Below are positions 1 to 10,763 of a DNA stretch of 64,000 bases, piece by piece. Each line of letters opens with the position of its first letter. The stretch's first letter is position 1. Under the pieces are notes generated by a model. It searched no databases and was not told the DNA's origin. It was given only the letters and a program-made list of their open reading frames with translations. Source of the stretch: Oligoflexia bacterium (GTDB taxonomy: Bacteria; Bdellovibrionota; UBA1018); NCBI GenBank assembly GCA_963758495.1, contig CAVWVI010000003.1, positions 1,504,001-1,568,000 of the forward strand, in the 5' to 3' direction. Position numbers and translations under genes: made by a program.

Positions 1-2
1 TC

Positions 3-308
3 GAGGCCAGTCGTCCATCTGAAGCTATTTTTTTGGCTGAAACGCACCCTCTTCCCATTCATCTTCTCCTGACAGATGTGATGATGCCGGAAATGGGGGG
101 AGCGATATTAGCTGAAAAGCTGATTACACTCCACCCCCAGATTCATGTACTCTTTATGTCGGGATATACGAACGATGCGATCCTTCAGGATGGAGTTCAG
201 AATGCGAGTATTCCATTCATTCAAAAACCTTTTAAAATGGATAAGCTGACTCATGTCGTTCGTGAGGTCATGAACTCACCCTTACCTCATCTGCATCAGC
301 ATCTCTAG
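3..308 (+). CDS. C-terminal receiver (REC) domain of a hybrid histidine kinase or response regulator, 5' partial
   Basis: Frame is open from the window edge (EASRPSEAIFLAE...). Motifs LLLTDVMMP, LFMSGY and FIQKPF are typical of CckA-like REC domains. Confidence 0.85.
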   Translation, partial: EASRPSEAIFLAETHPLPIHLLLTDVMMPEMGGAILAEKLITLHPQIHVLFMSGYTNDAILQDGVQNASIPFIQKPFKMDKLTHVVREVMNSPLPHLHQHL

Positions 309-321
309 ATAGCCGCCTCGT

Positions 322-1092
322 TTAGTAGTCATTATACCATTTTCGATTATACACCTGATACAAGACCATCCTCGAATCATTTGTTTGGTTTGCGCGACCT
401 CGATGAAAAACCCGCCCATCAAAGAGCAGTACTGATCCCACTTCTATATCGGATTGAAATCGAGGAATGTCTTTAGCTTCTTCATAGGTCAATCGATGAG
501 AACCGGGAATAAATTCGGTAGCGCCATTATTTGCAGTCATTTTTCCCAGAGGAATGAGTAGCGTATAGTAGAAGGGCGGCATGATTTTTACTTCGATTGA
601 GTCATCATAACTACCAGTCAATTCTTCGCCGTTGTCAAAAAGTGGATAAATATCCCGATGCCAGAGGCCATCGTCAGACTGAGGTACTGCAGGTACGGCA
701 CCTGCGAAGGTTGTATATTGAGTTCCCAGCTTCGTTTTCATAAGCTTCTTGATGGGTTCTGGATTTAGGAATGAGTCAGAAGCGAAAATTCCATGATTTC
801 CATTCAGTCCAAAATCATAACGTCCTTTTGCTAACTCAATGATGCTAGGATTTCCTTCGTGGTCATCATAATAGTATTTTCTATTATGATACACCTTATC
901 AAAGGCAGTGATGTAGTCTCTTTGTTTTCCGGTGGAATTTTCTACCGTCACTTTCACTTTTTCAAAAGCTTTTTGGCTTTCAGCAATAAATGTTTCAATT
1001 TGTTCAGGACTAAATACATTTGGAATGACAACGACGCCTGTCTCATCTAGTGTGTTGGAATATTCGTCAATAACTTCTTCATGGAAGATCAT
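322..1092 (-). CDS. Phytanoyl-CoA dioxygenase (PhyH) family Fe(II)/2-oxoglutarate dioxygenase
   Basis: WHRD (HxD), NGATEFIPGSH, distal FHRG and downstream R; GVVVIPNVF N-terminal motif. Confidence 0.85.
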   Translation of the reverse strand: MIFHEEVIDEYSNTLDETGVVVIPNVFSPEQIETFIAESQKAFEKVKVTVENSTGKQRDYITAFDKVYHNRKYYYDDHEGNPSIIELAKGRYDFGLNGNHGIFASDSFLNPEPIKKLMKTKLGTQYTTFAGAVPAVPQSDDGLWHRDIYPLFDNGEELTGSYDDSIEVKIMPPFYYTLLIPLGKMTANNGATEFIPGSHRLTYEEAKDIPRFQSDIEVGSVLLFDGRVFHRGRANQTNDSRMVLYQVYNRKWYNDY

Positions 1093-1121
1093 AATTTTTT
1101 CTCCTGGGAAATTCCCTTGTG

Positions 1122-2306
1122 TTATGAATAAGACGAGGCACGAGTAAAGTCGGGTTGCCCTCCTGTTTTAATATATAAAAAATAGGCAAGAGGGAGGAAG
1201 AGAAGCATCATAAATCCTATGAGGAAGAGTGCTGTTTGTAAGGAAAAAAAACTTGCGAGTACACCTGCCGTAGTGTCGCTTCCCATCATGCCAATCGAGT
1301 AAGCCATATTATATATAGAATACACAGAAGCATAGGCGCTACTTCCTCGGCGATCGACTGCCGCTGCTAACTGAGTGAGCGTGGGATTCATGGCAAATCC
1401 GTAAGCCACATTGATGAGAGCAAGGAGTATTCCTGCTCCTACAATGCTCTTGGGCACTGCCAGCAGGGGTAGAATCAACGACATCAGGACAAGCCCCACA
1501 ATCATGGTACGCCAAGTGCCATAACGATCGGTTACGGCCCCTGCCACAGGGCAACTGATGCCATAAATAATTGTGCCTAGTGTAAAAATGATTCCCACAG
1601 AAGTGGGGGATTCGTCAGCCGAATATTTAAGATGATGAGGAAGAAGTGCTTCAAGAACACTCCAGCACCACGCACCGAGAACAACGACGGCACTGGCTGC
1701 TAGAACTGTGCGATCACGTAACAGAAGGCCGAGTTCAGATGGGTTTGTATGGTTTTTCGGGAGATCGACTATGAGTCCCCAACGTAATATTCCATCAAAT
1801 ATTAAAAGCAGACCTGCTATCCAAAAAGGAAATCTGTAACCATACCAATCGAAAAGAAACCCACCCATGAGGGGGCCAAGTACCAAACCACAAGTATTTC
1901 CCAGCATCACTATGCCCATCATCCGGGCACGATTTTTGTGAAACCTCTCAGCCACCAAGGCTAATCCCGTTGTCCATGTAGCAGCAGCAGCAGCTCCTTG
2001 TGCCATTCGAGCCAAAAGGATCTCAGGAAAGTAGGTCGCGGTAGCAAAAGTAAAAACAGCTAAAATTTGAACCCCTACTCCAACAAGCATAGGTTTGCGG
2101 CGTCCAATGCGGTCAGAAAGAATCCCAAAAAGGGGTGTCGCAATCATCACGCCAAGCGCATAGCCCCCATACATCATTCCTAGCATCCAGGGTTCATTGA
2201 TTTTGGCTGGTGAATTGGGCGTCAGAGGGATAACCAGGCCATAAAGAAGCCCATCCGTGAAGAGCGCCATTGTGACCATAATCATGGTCATTTGAGAAAA
2301 TTGCAC
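1122..2306 (-). CDS. MFS transporter (DHA1/vesicular amine transporter-like)
   Basis: About 12 hydrophobic segments; motif A GILSDRIGRRK; ARMAQG. Confidence 0.9.
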   Translation of the reverse strand: MQFSQMTMIMVTMALFTDGLLYGLVIPLTPNSPAKINEPWMLGMMYGGYALGVMIATPLFGILSDRIGRRKPMLVGVGVQILAVFTFATATYFPEILLARMAQGAAAAATWTTGLALVAERFHKNRARMMGIVMLGNTCGLVLGPLMGGFLFDWYGYRFPFWIAGLLLIFDGILRWGLIVDLPKNHTNPSELGLLLRDRTVLAASAVVVLGAWCWSVLEALLPHHLKYSADESPTSVGIIFTLGTIIYGISCPVAGAVTDRYGTWRTMIVGLVLMSLILPLLAVPKSIVGAGILLALINVAYGFAMNPTLTQLAAAVDRRGSSAYASVYSIYNMAYSIGMMGSDTTAGVLASFFSLQTALFLIGFMMLLFLPLAYFLYIKTGGQPDFTRASSYS

Positions 2307-2393
2307 TATCCCACACCCCCAAGTCCCCGAGGTGGATCTAGTTCATTTTTTGTTATTCTGTCAATGAGTAATTGGGTCTTTGATGGATTTGTA

Positions 2394-2483
2394 TGGCGGA
2401 GAGAGAGGGGTTCGAACCCCCGGTGGGGTTGCCCCCACATCGGTTTTCAAAACCGACGCTTTCGACCACTCAGCCATCTCTCC
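2394..2483 (-). tRNA. tRNA-Ser(TGA)
   Basis: Reverse complement GGAGAGATGGCTGAGTGGTCGAAAGCG-TCGGT-TTTGAAA-ACCGA, long variable arm, GGTTCGAACCC, ending CCGCCA; 90 nt; directly downstream of serS. Confidence 0.97.
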
Positions 2484-2545
2484 GTAGTAGTCGGACTTAG
2501 ATGTTATCTTTACACGGGAAAAGAAGAGTTTGCAGCAGAGAAATC

Positions 2546-3886
2546 CTAGTTCCCGCTAAATTTTATCCAAAGCTGGTCCCCTTCACGAGTAAAGCCAGGA
2601 GCACCTTCTAGATATCTATGGAGGGCTGGAGGTATGAGGACATTTCCTTCGGAATCCTGATAGTTTTCCAAAAGAGCGATCCAGGTTCTACCTACGGCTA
2701 ATCCGGAGCCATTTAAAGTATGAGCAAAAAGAGGTTTGGCCTGGGGTTCCGGGCGGAAGCGAATTTGAGCACGGCGGGCTTGAAAATCCTCACAATTTGA
2801 ACAGGATGAGATTTCTCGGTAGGCATTTTGCCCCGGAAGCCAAACCTCGATATCGTAAGTTTTTGAAGCTCCAAAGCCCATATCTCCGGCACAAAGAGCC
2901 ATGACTCGATAAGGAAGGCCGAGAAGTTGGAGAACTTTTTCAGCATTGTGAGTCATCTTTTCCAGTTCTTCGTAGGATTGATCAGGTTTAACTATTTTAA
3001 CCATTTCGACTTTTTGGAACTGATGCTGGCGGATCAGGCCTCGAGTATCCTTTCCATAAGATCCCGCTTCACTTCTAAAGCAAGGAGAATAAGCAGTAAA
3101 ATAGCGGGGTAATATCCCTGGATCTAAAATTTCATCCCGATAGATATTCGTCAAAGGGACTTCAGACGTAGGAATCAGGAAAAGTTCTTTATCTGCTAGA
3201 TGAGTTTTAAATAAATCCTCTTCAAACTTAGGAAGCTGCCCAGTTCCAGTCATGCTCGCACGATTGACCATAAAAGGAGGGATCACTTCTTGATAGCCAT
3301 GTTGACGTGTATGTAAATCCAGCATGAACTGAATCAAGGCGCGCTCTAGAGCAGCCCCTGCGCCAAAATAGAGCGCAAAACGAGCGCCCGCTATTTTGCT
3401 TGCCCGTTCAAAATCCAAAATGCGCAACTTTTCGCCGATTTCTATATGCTCTTTGGGTTGAAAGCTAAAATGAGGGAGGGTGCCCCATTTTCGAATTTCT
3501 ACATTTCCACTGCTGTCCGACCCTTCAGGGACACTTGCATGAGGGATATTGGGAACGCGAAGAGCAAAGTCTTGAAATTCTTCTTCGGTTTTTCGCAAAT
3601 CCTCATCTAATCCTTTAATTTGATCGCCAACGGCACGCATGGCGCTGACTTTCTGATCGGCTTCTGTGGCGGCGGCGGGATCTGATTTGGCCTTTGATTT
3701 AAGCTGCGCGATTTCCTGAGATGCGGAGTTTCTCTGAGCTTTTAAGGATTCTACTCCTTGAATCAGTTCTTTCCGGCGCCGAGAGAGTTCTGCGAGGCGG
3801 GAAATCAGCTCCGGCCCAACATTGCGTCGTTTCAGAGCCTTTTCTAAGTCAGTCACATTTTCCTGAAAATATCGCGAATCAAGCAT
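2546..3886 (-). CDS. serS: Serine--tRNA ligase
   Basis: N-terminal coiled coil; [53 protein letters not shown]. Confidence 0.98.
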   Translation of the reverse strand: MLDSRYFQENVTDLEKALKRRNVGPELISRLAELSRRRKELIQGVESLKAQRNSASQEIAQLKSKAKSDPAAATEADQKVSAMRAVGDQIKGLDEDLRKTEEEFQDFALRVPNIPHASVPEGSDSSGNVEIRKWGTLPHFSFQPKEHIEIGEKLRILDFERASKIAGARFALYFGAGAALERALIQFMLDLHTRQHGYQEVIPPFMVNRASMTGTGQLPKFEEDLFKTHLADKELFLIPTSEVPLTNIYRDEILDPGILPRYFTAYSPCFRSEAGSYGKDTRGLIRQHQFQKVEMVKIVKPDQSYEELEKMTHNAEKVLQLLGLPYRVMALCAGDMGFGASKTYDIEVWLPGQNAYREISSCSNCEDFQARRAQIRFRPEPQAKPLFAHTLNGSGLAVGRTWIALLENYQDSEGNVLIPPALHRYLEGAPGFTREGDQLWIKFSGN

Positions 3887-3968
3887 AGTGACAGCCTACC
3901 ACACGATGAGATAGGCGAAAAGTCATCAGGCGAAGCTATTGAAATTAAAGCCCTCCTTTTAGGGGGGC

Positions 3969-4040
3969 AAGCACTGTCTGGAGCCCTATAGCGCCGTAAA
4001 GATTTGGATCTCCGGCGCTATAGGGCTCCAGACAGTGCTT
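3969..4040. repeat. Perfect 28-bp inverted repeat with 16-nt spacer between divergent serS and leuS
   Basis: AAGCACTGTCTGGAGCCCTATAGCGCCG (3969-3996) and CGGCGCTATAGGGCTCCAGACAGTGCTT (4013-4040). Confidence 0.95.
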
Positions 4041-4080
4041 ACAGTTGATAGCAGTTGGAGTTCCAGGTATATAAGGTTCC

Positions 4081-6519
4081 ATGGCCTATCATCCGAGCGC
4101 AATTGAACCGAAGTGGCAGAAGTTTTGGGACGATCATTCTATTTTCCGAGCTGAAACGAAAAGTAGCAAACCCAAGTATTACATTCTCGACATGTTTCCC
4201 TATCCTAGTAGCTCAGGGCTTCATGTGGGACATCCTGAAGGCTATACAGCGACGGATATTTTAGCTCGATATAAACGGGCTAAGGGTTTTAATGTTCTGC
4301 ATCCGATGGGTTGGGATGCTTTTGGATTACCTGCCGAGCAATATGCACTTCAAACAGGGGTTCATCCCGCGATCACGACTCAAAGTGCCATTGAAAACTT
4401 TCGAAGACAGTTGAAGCTTCTCGGGTTTAGTTACGATTGGTCACGCGAATTTGCGACTTGTAATGCCACTTATTATAAGTGGACGCAGTTCATTTTTCTT
4501 AAGCTATTTGAAAGAGGATTAGCCTATCAAAAGGAAGTCCCTGTCAATTGGTGCCCCGCGCTGAAAACAGTATTAGCAAATGAAGAAGTGGTGGACGGAG
4601 TCTCTGAACGAGGGGGGCATCCTGTTTTTCGCGTACCTATGAAGCAATGGATGTTGAAAATCACTGCCTATGCTGAAAAGCTTTTAAAAGGCTTGGACGA
4701 TTTAGATTGGCCTGAAGGGACTAAAGAGCTCCAACGGAACTGGATCGGACGGAGCGAAGGTCTTCAGATGAAGTTTCCAGTTTCTGAATCTGACGATCAA
4801 ATTGAAATTTTTACAACACGAGCAGATACCATTTTTGGAGTGACTTATATGGTATTGGCCCCAGAGCACCCCTTAGTGGAAAGGCTCACCACGGCTGATC
4901 GCAAAACAGCAGTGACCACCTATCAGGCGAAAGCAGCTCAAAAATCAGACATGTCCCGTCAAGAGGCGAGTCAAGAAAAGACAGGCGCTTTTACGGGAAG
5001 CTACGCGATCAATCCGTTGTCTGGAGAGAAAATTCCAGTTTGGATATCTGATTATGTTTTAATGAGTTATGGCACAGGTGCAGTCATGGCGGTTCCGGCA
5101 CATGACGAAAGAGATTTAGAATTTGCTAAGACGTTTCATCTCCCGATTAAGAAAGTAATAGAAGGAGGCTCTTCAGAGTTAGAGTGCTTCAGTGGAGAAG
5201 GGATTGCGATTCACTCTGATTTTATTACAGGGATGACGAGTCAAAAAGGAAAGATGGCCGTAACTGAATGGGCCGAAAAAAAGGGATTCGGGCAGAGAAC
5301 GGTGCAGTATAAGCTACGAGATTGGCTTTTCTCTCGGCAAAGATATTGGGGCGAACCCTTCCCTATTCTTCATCTGGATACGGGAGAGAAGACCCCAGTT
5401 CCTTTGAATGAGCTCCCCGTATTGTTGCCGGATGTGAAAAGTTATGAACCCTCAGGGACAGGTGAAAGTCCACTTTCAGCGATTCGAGAATGGGTAGATA
5501 CTCGCGACCCTCGAACAGGAAAACCTGCGCGCCGTGAAACCGATACAATGCCGGGTAGCGCGGGATCCTCTTGGTATTTTTTACGTTATTGTGATCCGAA
5601 TAATGATGAAGCCCCTTTTAGTTCTGAAGCAGAAAAATATTGGATGCCAGTTGATCTCTACCTAGGAGGGCCTGAGCATGCTGTAGGCCATCTTCTCTAT
5701 GCACGGTTTTGGACCAAGGTGCTTTACGATGCGGGTTTGGTGTCCCATGATGAGCCTTTTAAGAAGCTGGTCCATCAAGGCATGATTTTAGGCGAAGATG
5801 GCGAAAAGATGTCCAAATCTCGGGGCAATGTGATTAATCCAGATTCTGTCGTGGATAAATATGGAGCGGATACACTTCGTATTTATGAAATGTTCATGGG
5901 GCCTTTGGAGAGAGATAAGCCTTGGTCTACGACTGCGATTGAAGGAGTGTATCGGTTTCTTCAGCGGACTTGGCGTCTCTTTGTCGAAGATGAAGAAAGT
6001 ACTTCAGGGACAGTAAAAGAATCTAAGCTCTTAGTGGGGGATATTGAGCCCACCGAAGATGATCTCAAAGTCACGCACAAGATGATTAAAATCGTTACCG
6101 AACATATTGAAGGGATGCGATTTAATACGGCCATTAGTCAGATGATGATTTTTGTAAATCATATGACAAAACTTCCGGTGAAACCGAGAGCTTGTTTAAA
6201 GCCTTTTATTCAGCTCCTCAATCCTTTTGCCCCTCACTTGGCGGAAGAACTTTGGGAAAAAATAGGTGAGAAATCTGTTCTTACGTTTGAGCCATGGCCT
6301 CTCTATCAAGCTGATTTGGCGAGAGATCAGTTCCTCACTGTTGCGGTGCAAGTGATGGGCAAGACTCGGGGCACACTTGAAGTGGAGCCTGGAACAGACC
6401 AAGCTATTTTAGAGAAGTTGGCTAAAGAAATCACCTCAGTCTCTAATCAACTTCAAGGGAAGCAGATTCGGAAAGTGATTTTTGTAAAAGATAAAATTTT
6501 AAACTTCGTAGTCAGTTAG
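4081..6519 (+). CDS. leuS: Leucine--tRNA ligase
   Basis: MFPYPS, HVGH (HIGH), GWDAFGLPAE, editing domain GTGAVMAVPAHD, KMSKS. Confidence 0.98.
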   Translation: MAYHPSAIEPKWQKFWDDHSIFRAETKSSKPKYYILDMFPYPSSSGLHVGHPEGYTATDILARYKRAKGFNVLHPMGWDAFGLPAEQYALQTGVHPAITTQSAIENFRRQLKLLGFSYDWSREFATCNATYYKWTQFIFLKLFERGLAYQKEVPVNWCPALKTVLANEEVVDGVSERGGHPVFRVPMKQWMLKITAYAEKLLKGLDDLDWPEGTKELQRNWIGRSEGLQMKFPVSESDDQIEIFTTRADTIFGVTYMVLAPEHPLVERLTTADRKTAVTTYQAKAAQKSDMSRQEASQEKTGAFTGSYAINPLSGEKIPVWISDYVLMSYGTGAVMAVPAHDERDLEFAKTFHLPIKKVIEGGSSELECFSGEGIAIHSDFITGMTSQKGKMAVTEWAEKKGFGQRTVQYKLRDWLFSRQRYWGEPFPILHLDTGEKTPVPLNELPVLLPDVKSYEPSGTGESPLSAIREWVDTRDPRTGKPARRETDTMPGSAGSSWYFLRYCDPNNDEAPFSSEAEKYWMPVDLYLGGPEHAVGHLLYARFWTKVLYDAGLVSHDEPFKKLVHQGMILGEDGEKMSKSRGNVINPDSVVDKYGADTLRIYEMFMGPLERDKPWSTTAIEGVYRFLQRTWRLFVEDEESTSGTVKESKLLVGDIEPTEDDLKVTHKMIKIVTEHIEGMRFNTAISQMMIFVNHMTKLPVKPRACLKPFIQLLNPFAPHLAEELWEKIGEKSVLTFEPWPLYQADLARDQFLTVAVQVMGKTRGTLEVEPGTDQAILEKLAKEITSVSNQLQGKQIRKVIFVKDKILNFVVS

Positions 6520-6555
6520 CGTAAGCTGTCCTGTGTGACGCATTGGATGAAAGCG

Positions 6556-7926
6556 TTAGGTTGAAATTGCGGGCCTTCTCCTTCGTGGCGCGCGTCCGTC
6601 CAGTGCTGAGGTAGCTTGTGCTTTTAATTTAGGAACGATCCATTTTACATAAATGGCAACGAGGACTGCTCCCACTGACATGGAAATGGCTGCGGGTGTG
6701 TTGTCTAAGAGAAGTCCAATTCCTAAAGCTGTGAAGAAAATCGCAACGAATACGGGAATGGCGAGTGTTTTGACTCGAAATGGTCGCTCTTGATGGGGAT
6801 GAGTTTTTCGAAGTCGAATCAAAGAGATCGCCATGGTGACATAAATCAGACATTCGGCAAATGCCCCCATATAGATAAAGGGTTTGACGATTCCAGTATA
6901 AGCTACAAAGAGAGAGAGAAGCGTGCAGACCGTAAATAACATCCATATAGCAATATGAGGGGTGAGGTATTTTTCATGAATTTGGGCCAGTGCTTTGGGT
7001 GCTGCATGATCTCGAGCCAAGGCATAAAGAAACCGCGATGCGGTGAGTAATCCAGCATTAAAACAGGTGATACTCGCCACCAGACTCATAAGCATCATGA
7101 TCATCACTCCCGGAGCCCCAAAAGCTTTTACGGCGAAGAGAATATGGGGAATAGGATGTCCCGATGCTACCGCTTGACTCAAAGTTTCCTTACCTCCGAT
7201 ACTGGTCATGGCGGTGACGAGTGAGCCGTAAGCCACGAAGAGAAGAAGAATAGAAATCGCCATTCCTTTCGGAATGGAGCGATATTCTTGGACTTCTTCG
7301 GCAAGAGGGGTAACCCACTCAAAACCAAGATAGAGAAAAACCCCTACCCCCACCGCCTGAAAAAAATCAAAAGGGGACTTGTCTAGCATGGGGTGCAAAG
7401 TGTGCTCTAATGGGAAATGAAATTGGGTGAGGGCAATCCAGGAGATACTGATGAGGGCAAAAAATTTAAAATAGGCCACAACATCTTGAAATGCACCGGT
7501 TAATTTAACACCTCGAATATTGATCAAGCAGATCGATAGCAAAAATACAAAGATCCAAGCGAGGACTGGGATTCCAGGGAATCCATAAGAAAGGACATTT
7601 CCCAGGATGTAAGTCTCGGCGCCTACAATGGAAAGAGTGGTCATAATGTAAAGACTTGCGAGAATGAGAGCGGTGGTTTCGCCAAAGGCTTTTTCAATAA
7701 AAAGCTTGATTCCAGCAGCAGAGGGAAACATTCCGCCGAGCTCCGCAAAGCAAAGAGAGGAAAGATAACAAATGATTCCGGCCACTAAAAGAGCCAACCA
7801 GCCCGAGTGACCTGAAACGTGATCAGACATTTCAATGAGCGATACATAAGAGATGGAAGCAAGTGCCAATCCTGCTCCGGTAGAAATGACTGTTCTGAGG
7901 CCAACTTGTCTTTTAAGTGTCTGCAT
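6556..7926 (-). CDS. APC-family amino acid permease
   Basis: Multiple TM helices; FAELGGMFPSAAG, YLGFE, SRFLYALARD, RPFRV. Confidence 0.9.
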   Translation of the reverse strand: MQTLKRQVGLRTVISTGAGLALASISYVSLIEMSDHVSGHSGWLALLVAGIICYLSSLCFAELGGMFPSAAGIKLFIEKAFGETTALILASLYIMTTLSIVGAETYILGNVLSYGFPGIPVLAWIFVFLLSICLINIRGVKLTGAFQDVVAYFKFFALISISWIALTQFHFPLEHTLHPMLDKSPFDFFQAVGVGVFLYLGFEWVTPLAEEVQEYRSIPKGMAISILLLFVAYGSLVTAMTSIGGKETLSQAVASGHPIPHILFAVKAFGAPGVMIMMLMSLVASITCFNAGLLTASRFLYALARDHAAPKALAQIHEKYLTPHIAIWMLFTVCTLLSLFVAYTGIVKPFIYMGAFAECLIYVTMAISLIRLRKTHPHQERPFRVKTLAIPVFVAIFFTALGIGLLLDNTPAAISMSVGAVLVAIYVKWIVPKLKAQATSALDGRAPRRRRPAIST

Positions 7927-8109
7927 GTGTCCTCTTCCTTTCTTGTAAGCGGTTCTTTGCCGTGCTTACCTTTTTATTGTATCGGAAATCCAGATCGCCG
8001 CTAGAAACTCTGTAAATCAGGTGATTGGGAGGCTCCTTGGGCGTTCAAAGTTTGACATATATTCTCAAGATCTCTTGAGAGTTTGATCGGGTTAAGGTAT
8101 CCCATATTC

Positions 8110-9060
8110 ATGCGAATGAGAGACTGGGTCATCTTATCAGGAAGCGCAAATCGGCCGCTAGCCGAAAAGATTTGTGAAAAGCTAGGCAAACCATTGAGTC
8201 ATGCTGATGTCCGTCGGTTTAGTGACGGTGAGGTCTTTGTTGAAATTGGAGAAAATGTTCGCGGACGTGATGCCTATATTATTCAAAGTACTTGCCGGCC
8301 TGTGAACGACACTTTGATGGAGCTTCTGATTATGATTGACGCGCTTAAGCGCGCGAGTGCAAAGGAGATTACAGCGATAGTCCCCTACTTCGGTTATGCA
8401 AGACAAGACCGAAAAGTCGCTCCTCGTACTCCTATTAGCGCAAAATTAGTGGCAGATCTATTTACTGCGGCAGGTGCCACTCGCATCGTTGCAATGGATC
8501 TTCATGCTGGACAGATTCAGGGATTTTTTAATATCCCATTTGATAATCTTTTCGCTTCACCGGTGATCTTAGATTACGTTAAGAATCAAAAACTCAGTAG
8601 TGATAACTTGGTCATTGTGAGTCCCGATACGGGGGGCGTTGAGCGTGCTCGTGCCTTTGCAAAACGTTTAAATGCAAGTGTCGCGATGATTGATAAAAGG
8701 CGCACGGGCCCTAACGTAGCTAAAGCAATGAATGTGATTGGAGAAGTTGAGGGCAAGGTTGCTATGATTTTAGATGACATGATTGACACTGCAGGAACCT
8801 TGACCGAAGCAGCTCATGCCGTTTTACAACATGGCGCCAAAACAGTCTATGCGGCTGCAACTCATGGAGTCTTGTCCGGTCCTGCTATCGAGCGAATTAA
8901 GAAGTCACAGATTGAGCGCGTCATTGTAACGGATACGATTCCATTATCACCTGAAGCGGCGACGCATCCTAAATTTGTGCAGTTGTCTGTGGCCAATCTA
9001 TTAGCGGAAGCCATACATCGAATTCACAATTATGATAGCGTCAGTAGCCTTTTTATTTAA
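8110..9060 (+). CDS. prs: Ribose-phosphate pyrophosphokinase
   Basis: [36 protein letters not shown]. Start uncertain (8110 or 8116). Confidence 0.97.
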   Translation: MRMRDWVILSGSANRPLAEKICEKLGKPLSHADVRRFSDGEVFVEIGENVRGRDAYIIQSTCRPVNDTLMELLIMIDALKRASAKEITAIVPYFGYARQDRKVAPRTPISAKLVADLFTAAGATRIVAMDLHAGQIQGFFNIPFDNLFASPVILDYVKNQKLSSDNLVIVSPDTGGVERARAFAKRLNASVAMIDKRRTGPNVAKAMNVIGEVEGKVAMILDDMIDTAGTLTEAAHAVLQHGAKTVYAAATHGVLSGPAIERIKKSQIERVIVTDTIPLSPEAATHPKFVQLSVANLLAEAIHRIHNYDSVSSLFI

Positions 9061-9648
9061 ATGAAAATTATCGCCGGCCTGGGGAATCCAGGACCTCAGT
9101 ATGAGACTACCCGACATAATGTGGGGTTTTTAGCGATAGATCGCTTGGTCGATCGATGGCGCGCTACACGTGCAGGGTCAAAGTACCAGGGAGAAATTTA
9201 TCAGACCTTTTTTGGTGGAGAAAGTATTGCCTTAGTCAAACCCCAGACTTTTATGAATCTTTCTGGTAAGAGTATTGGTTCTCTCTTTAATTTTTACCGG
9301 TGCTTGCCAGAAGATCTGATCGTGATTCATGACGACCTTGACTTACCGCCGATGACTTTGAAGCTTAAAACCGGGGGGGGCACCGGAGGACATAATGGAC
9401 TCAAGTCGATTGATGAGGTTTTAGGAAAAGAGAAGAATCAGTACCATCGAGTGCGAATTGGAATAGGGCATCCCTCTCAGTCTGAGACGAACTCTAGAAT
9501 GTCTCCAGCCAATTATGTGCTTCAAGCCATGGAGCAGGATGAACTCAATGCGCTCGATCCTTTGTTAGATGGGGTAGCGGCAGCTATTGAAGAAATTTTA
9601 AAGAGCGGGATCCAAACTGCGATGAATCGGTTTCATCGTTCAAAATAG
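9061..9648 (+). CDS. pth: Peptidyl-tRNA hydrolase
   Basis: GLGNPG, TRHNVGF, KPQTFMNLSG, HDDLDL, GGHNGLKS. Confidence 0.97.
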   Translation: MKIIAGLGNPGPQYETTRHNVGFLAIDRLVDRWRATRAGSKYQGEIYQTFFGGESIALVKPQTFMNLSGKSIGSLFNFYRCLPEDLIVIHDDLDLPPMTLKLKTGGGTGGHNGLKSIDEVLGKEKNQYHRVRIGIGHPSQSETNSRMSPANYVLQAMEQDELNALDPLLDGVAAAIEEILKSGIQTAMNRFHRSK

Positions 9649-9659
9649 GAGTTAGATTT

Positions 9660-10763
9660 ATGGGCTTTCAATGTGGCATCGTGGGACTACCCAATGTTGG
9701 AAAATCGACGATTTTTAATGCATTGACATCAGCTAAAGCTGAGGCAGCTAACTATCCTTTTTGTACCATTGATCCCAATACTGGGATTGTGAAAGTTCCC
9801 GATCCTCGATTAGCGGAAATTGCTAAATATATTCCTCCACAGAAGCTTGTGCCTGCCAGTATGGTGTTTGTGGACATTGCTGGATTAGTGAAAGGCGCCT
9901 CCAAGGGCGAAGGATTAGGTAATCAATTCTTAGGTCACATTCGTGAAACCAATGCGATTGCTCATGTGGTTCGTTGTTTTTCAGATCCTAATGTAATCCA
10001 TGTTGATGGCTCAGTTGATCCTGTTCGTGATATTTCTGTGATCGATACGGAGCTCATTTTGGCTGATTTAGATACGATTAGTAAGCGGTTTTCATCCATG
10101 CAAAAAGCAGCTAAATCCGGCACTGATAAGAAAGCAGCGGCAATCATATCCGTATTGGAGCCCGTGAAAGCCGCACTGGAGTCAGGAAAACCAGTGCGCT
10201 CTTTGGAGCTGAGTGAAGACCAGTTGGCATTAATTCATGACTTTCATCTGATTACCGCTAAAAAGGTGATGTATGTCGCAAATGTGGATGACAATGATAT
10301 TGGGAAGTCTGAGCCCAATGAGCATGTAAAAAAACTTTTGGAATATGCCAAAATCGAGGGTAGTCCTGTGGTGCAAATCTGCGGTAAAATCGAATCAGAA
10401 ATCGCAGAGCTTTCAGAAGATGAAAAAATTTCATTTTTAAAAGAAATGGGAATGGAAGAGCCAGGACTGAATCGTGTGATTCGTGCAGGATATGAGTTAT
10501 TAGGGCTGCAAACTTATTTCACCGCTGGAGAAACTGAAGTTCGTGCTTGGACGATTCAGAAGGGGGCAAAAGCTCCTCAGGCCGCGGGTGTGATTCACAC
10601 CGATTTTGAAAAAGGATTTATTAAAGCAGAAGTTTATCACTTCAATGATTTAATGAAATATAAGACCGAACAAGCGATCCGAGATGCGGGCGCCTTAAAG
10701 CTTGAAGGCAAAGAGTACGTGGTTCGCGATGGCGATATCATGCATTTCCGTTTTGCCGTTTGA
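9660..10763 (+). CDS. ychF: Ribosome-binding ATPase YchF
   Basis: [41 protein letters not shown]-terminal TGS domain. Confidence 0.97.
   Translation: MGFQCGIVGLPNVGKSTIFNALTSAKAEAANYPFCTIDPNTGIVKVPDPRLAEIAKYIPPQKLVPASMVFVDIAGLVKGASKGEGLGNQFLGHIRETNAIAHVVRCFSDPNVIHVDGSVDPVRDISVIDTELILADLDTISKRFSSMQKAAKSGTDKKAAAIISVLEPVKAALESGKPVRSLELSEDQLALIHDFHLITAKKVMYVANVDDNDIGKSEPNEHVKKLLEYAKIEGSPVVQICGKIESEIAELSEDEKISFLKEMGMEEPGLNRVIRAGYELLGLQTYFTAGETEVRAWTIQKGAKAPQAAGVIHTDFEKGFIKAEVYHFNDLMKYKTEQAIRDAGALKLEGKEYVVRDGDIMHFRFAV

Noticed and set aside
2292..2549. 85-aa plus-strand ORF
   Set aside because: It is antisense to tRNA-Ser and is a shadow ORF.
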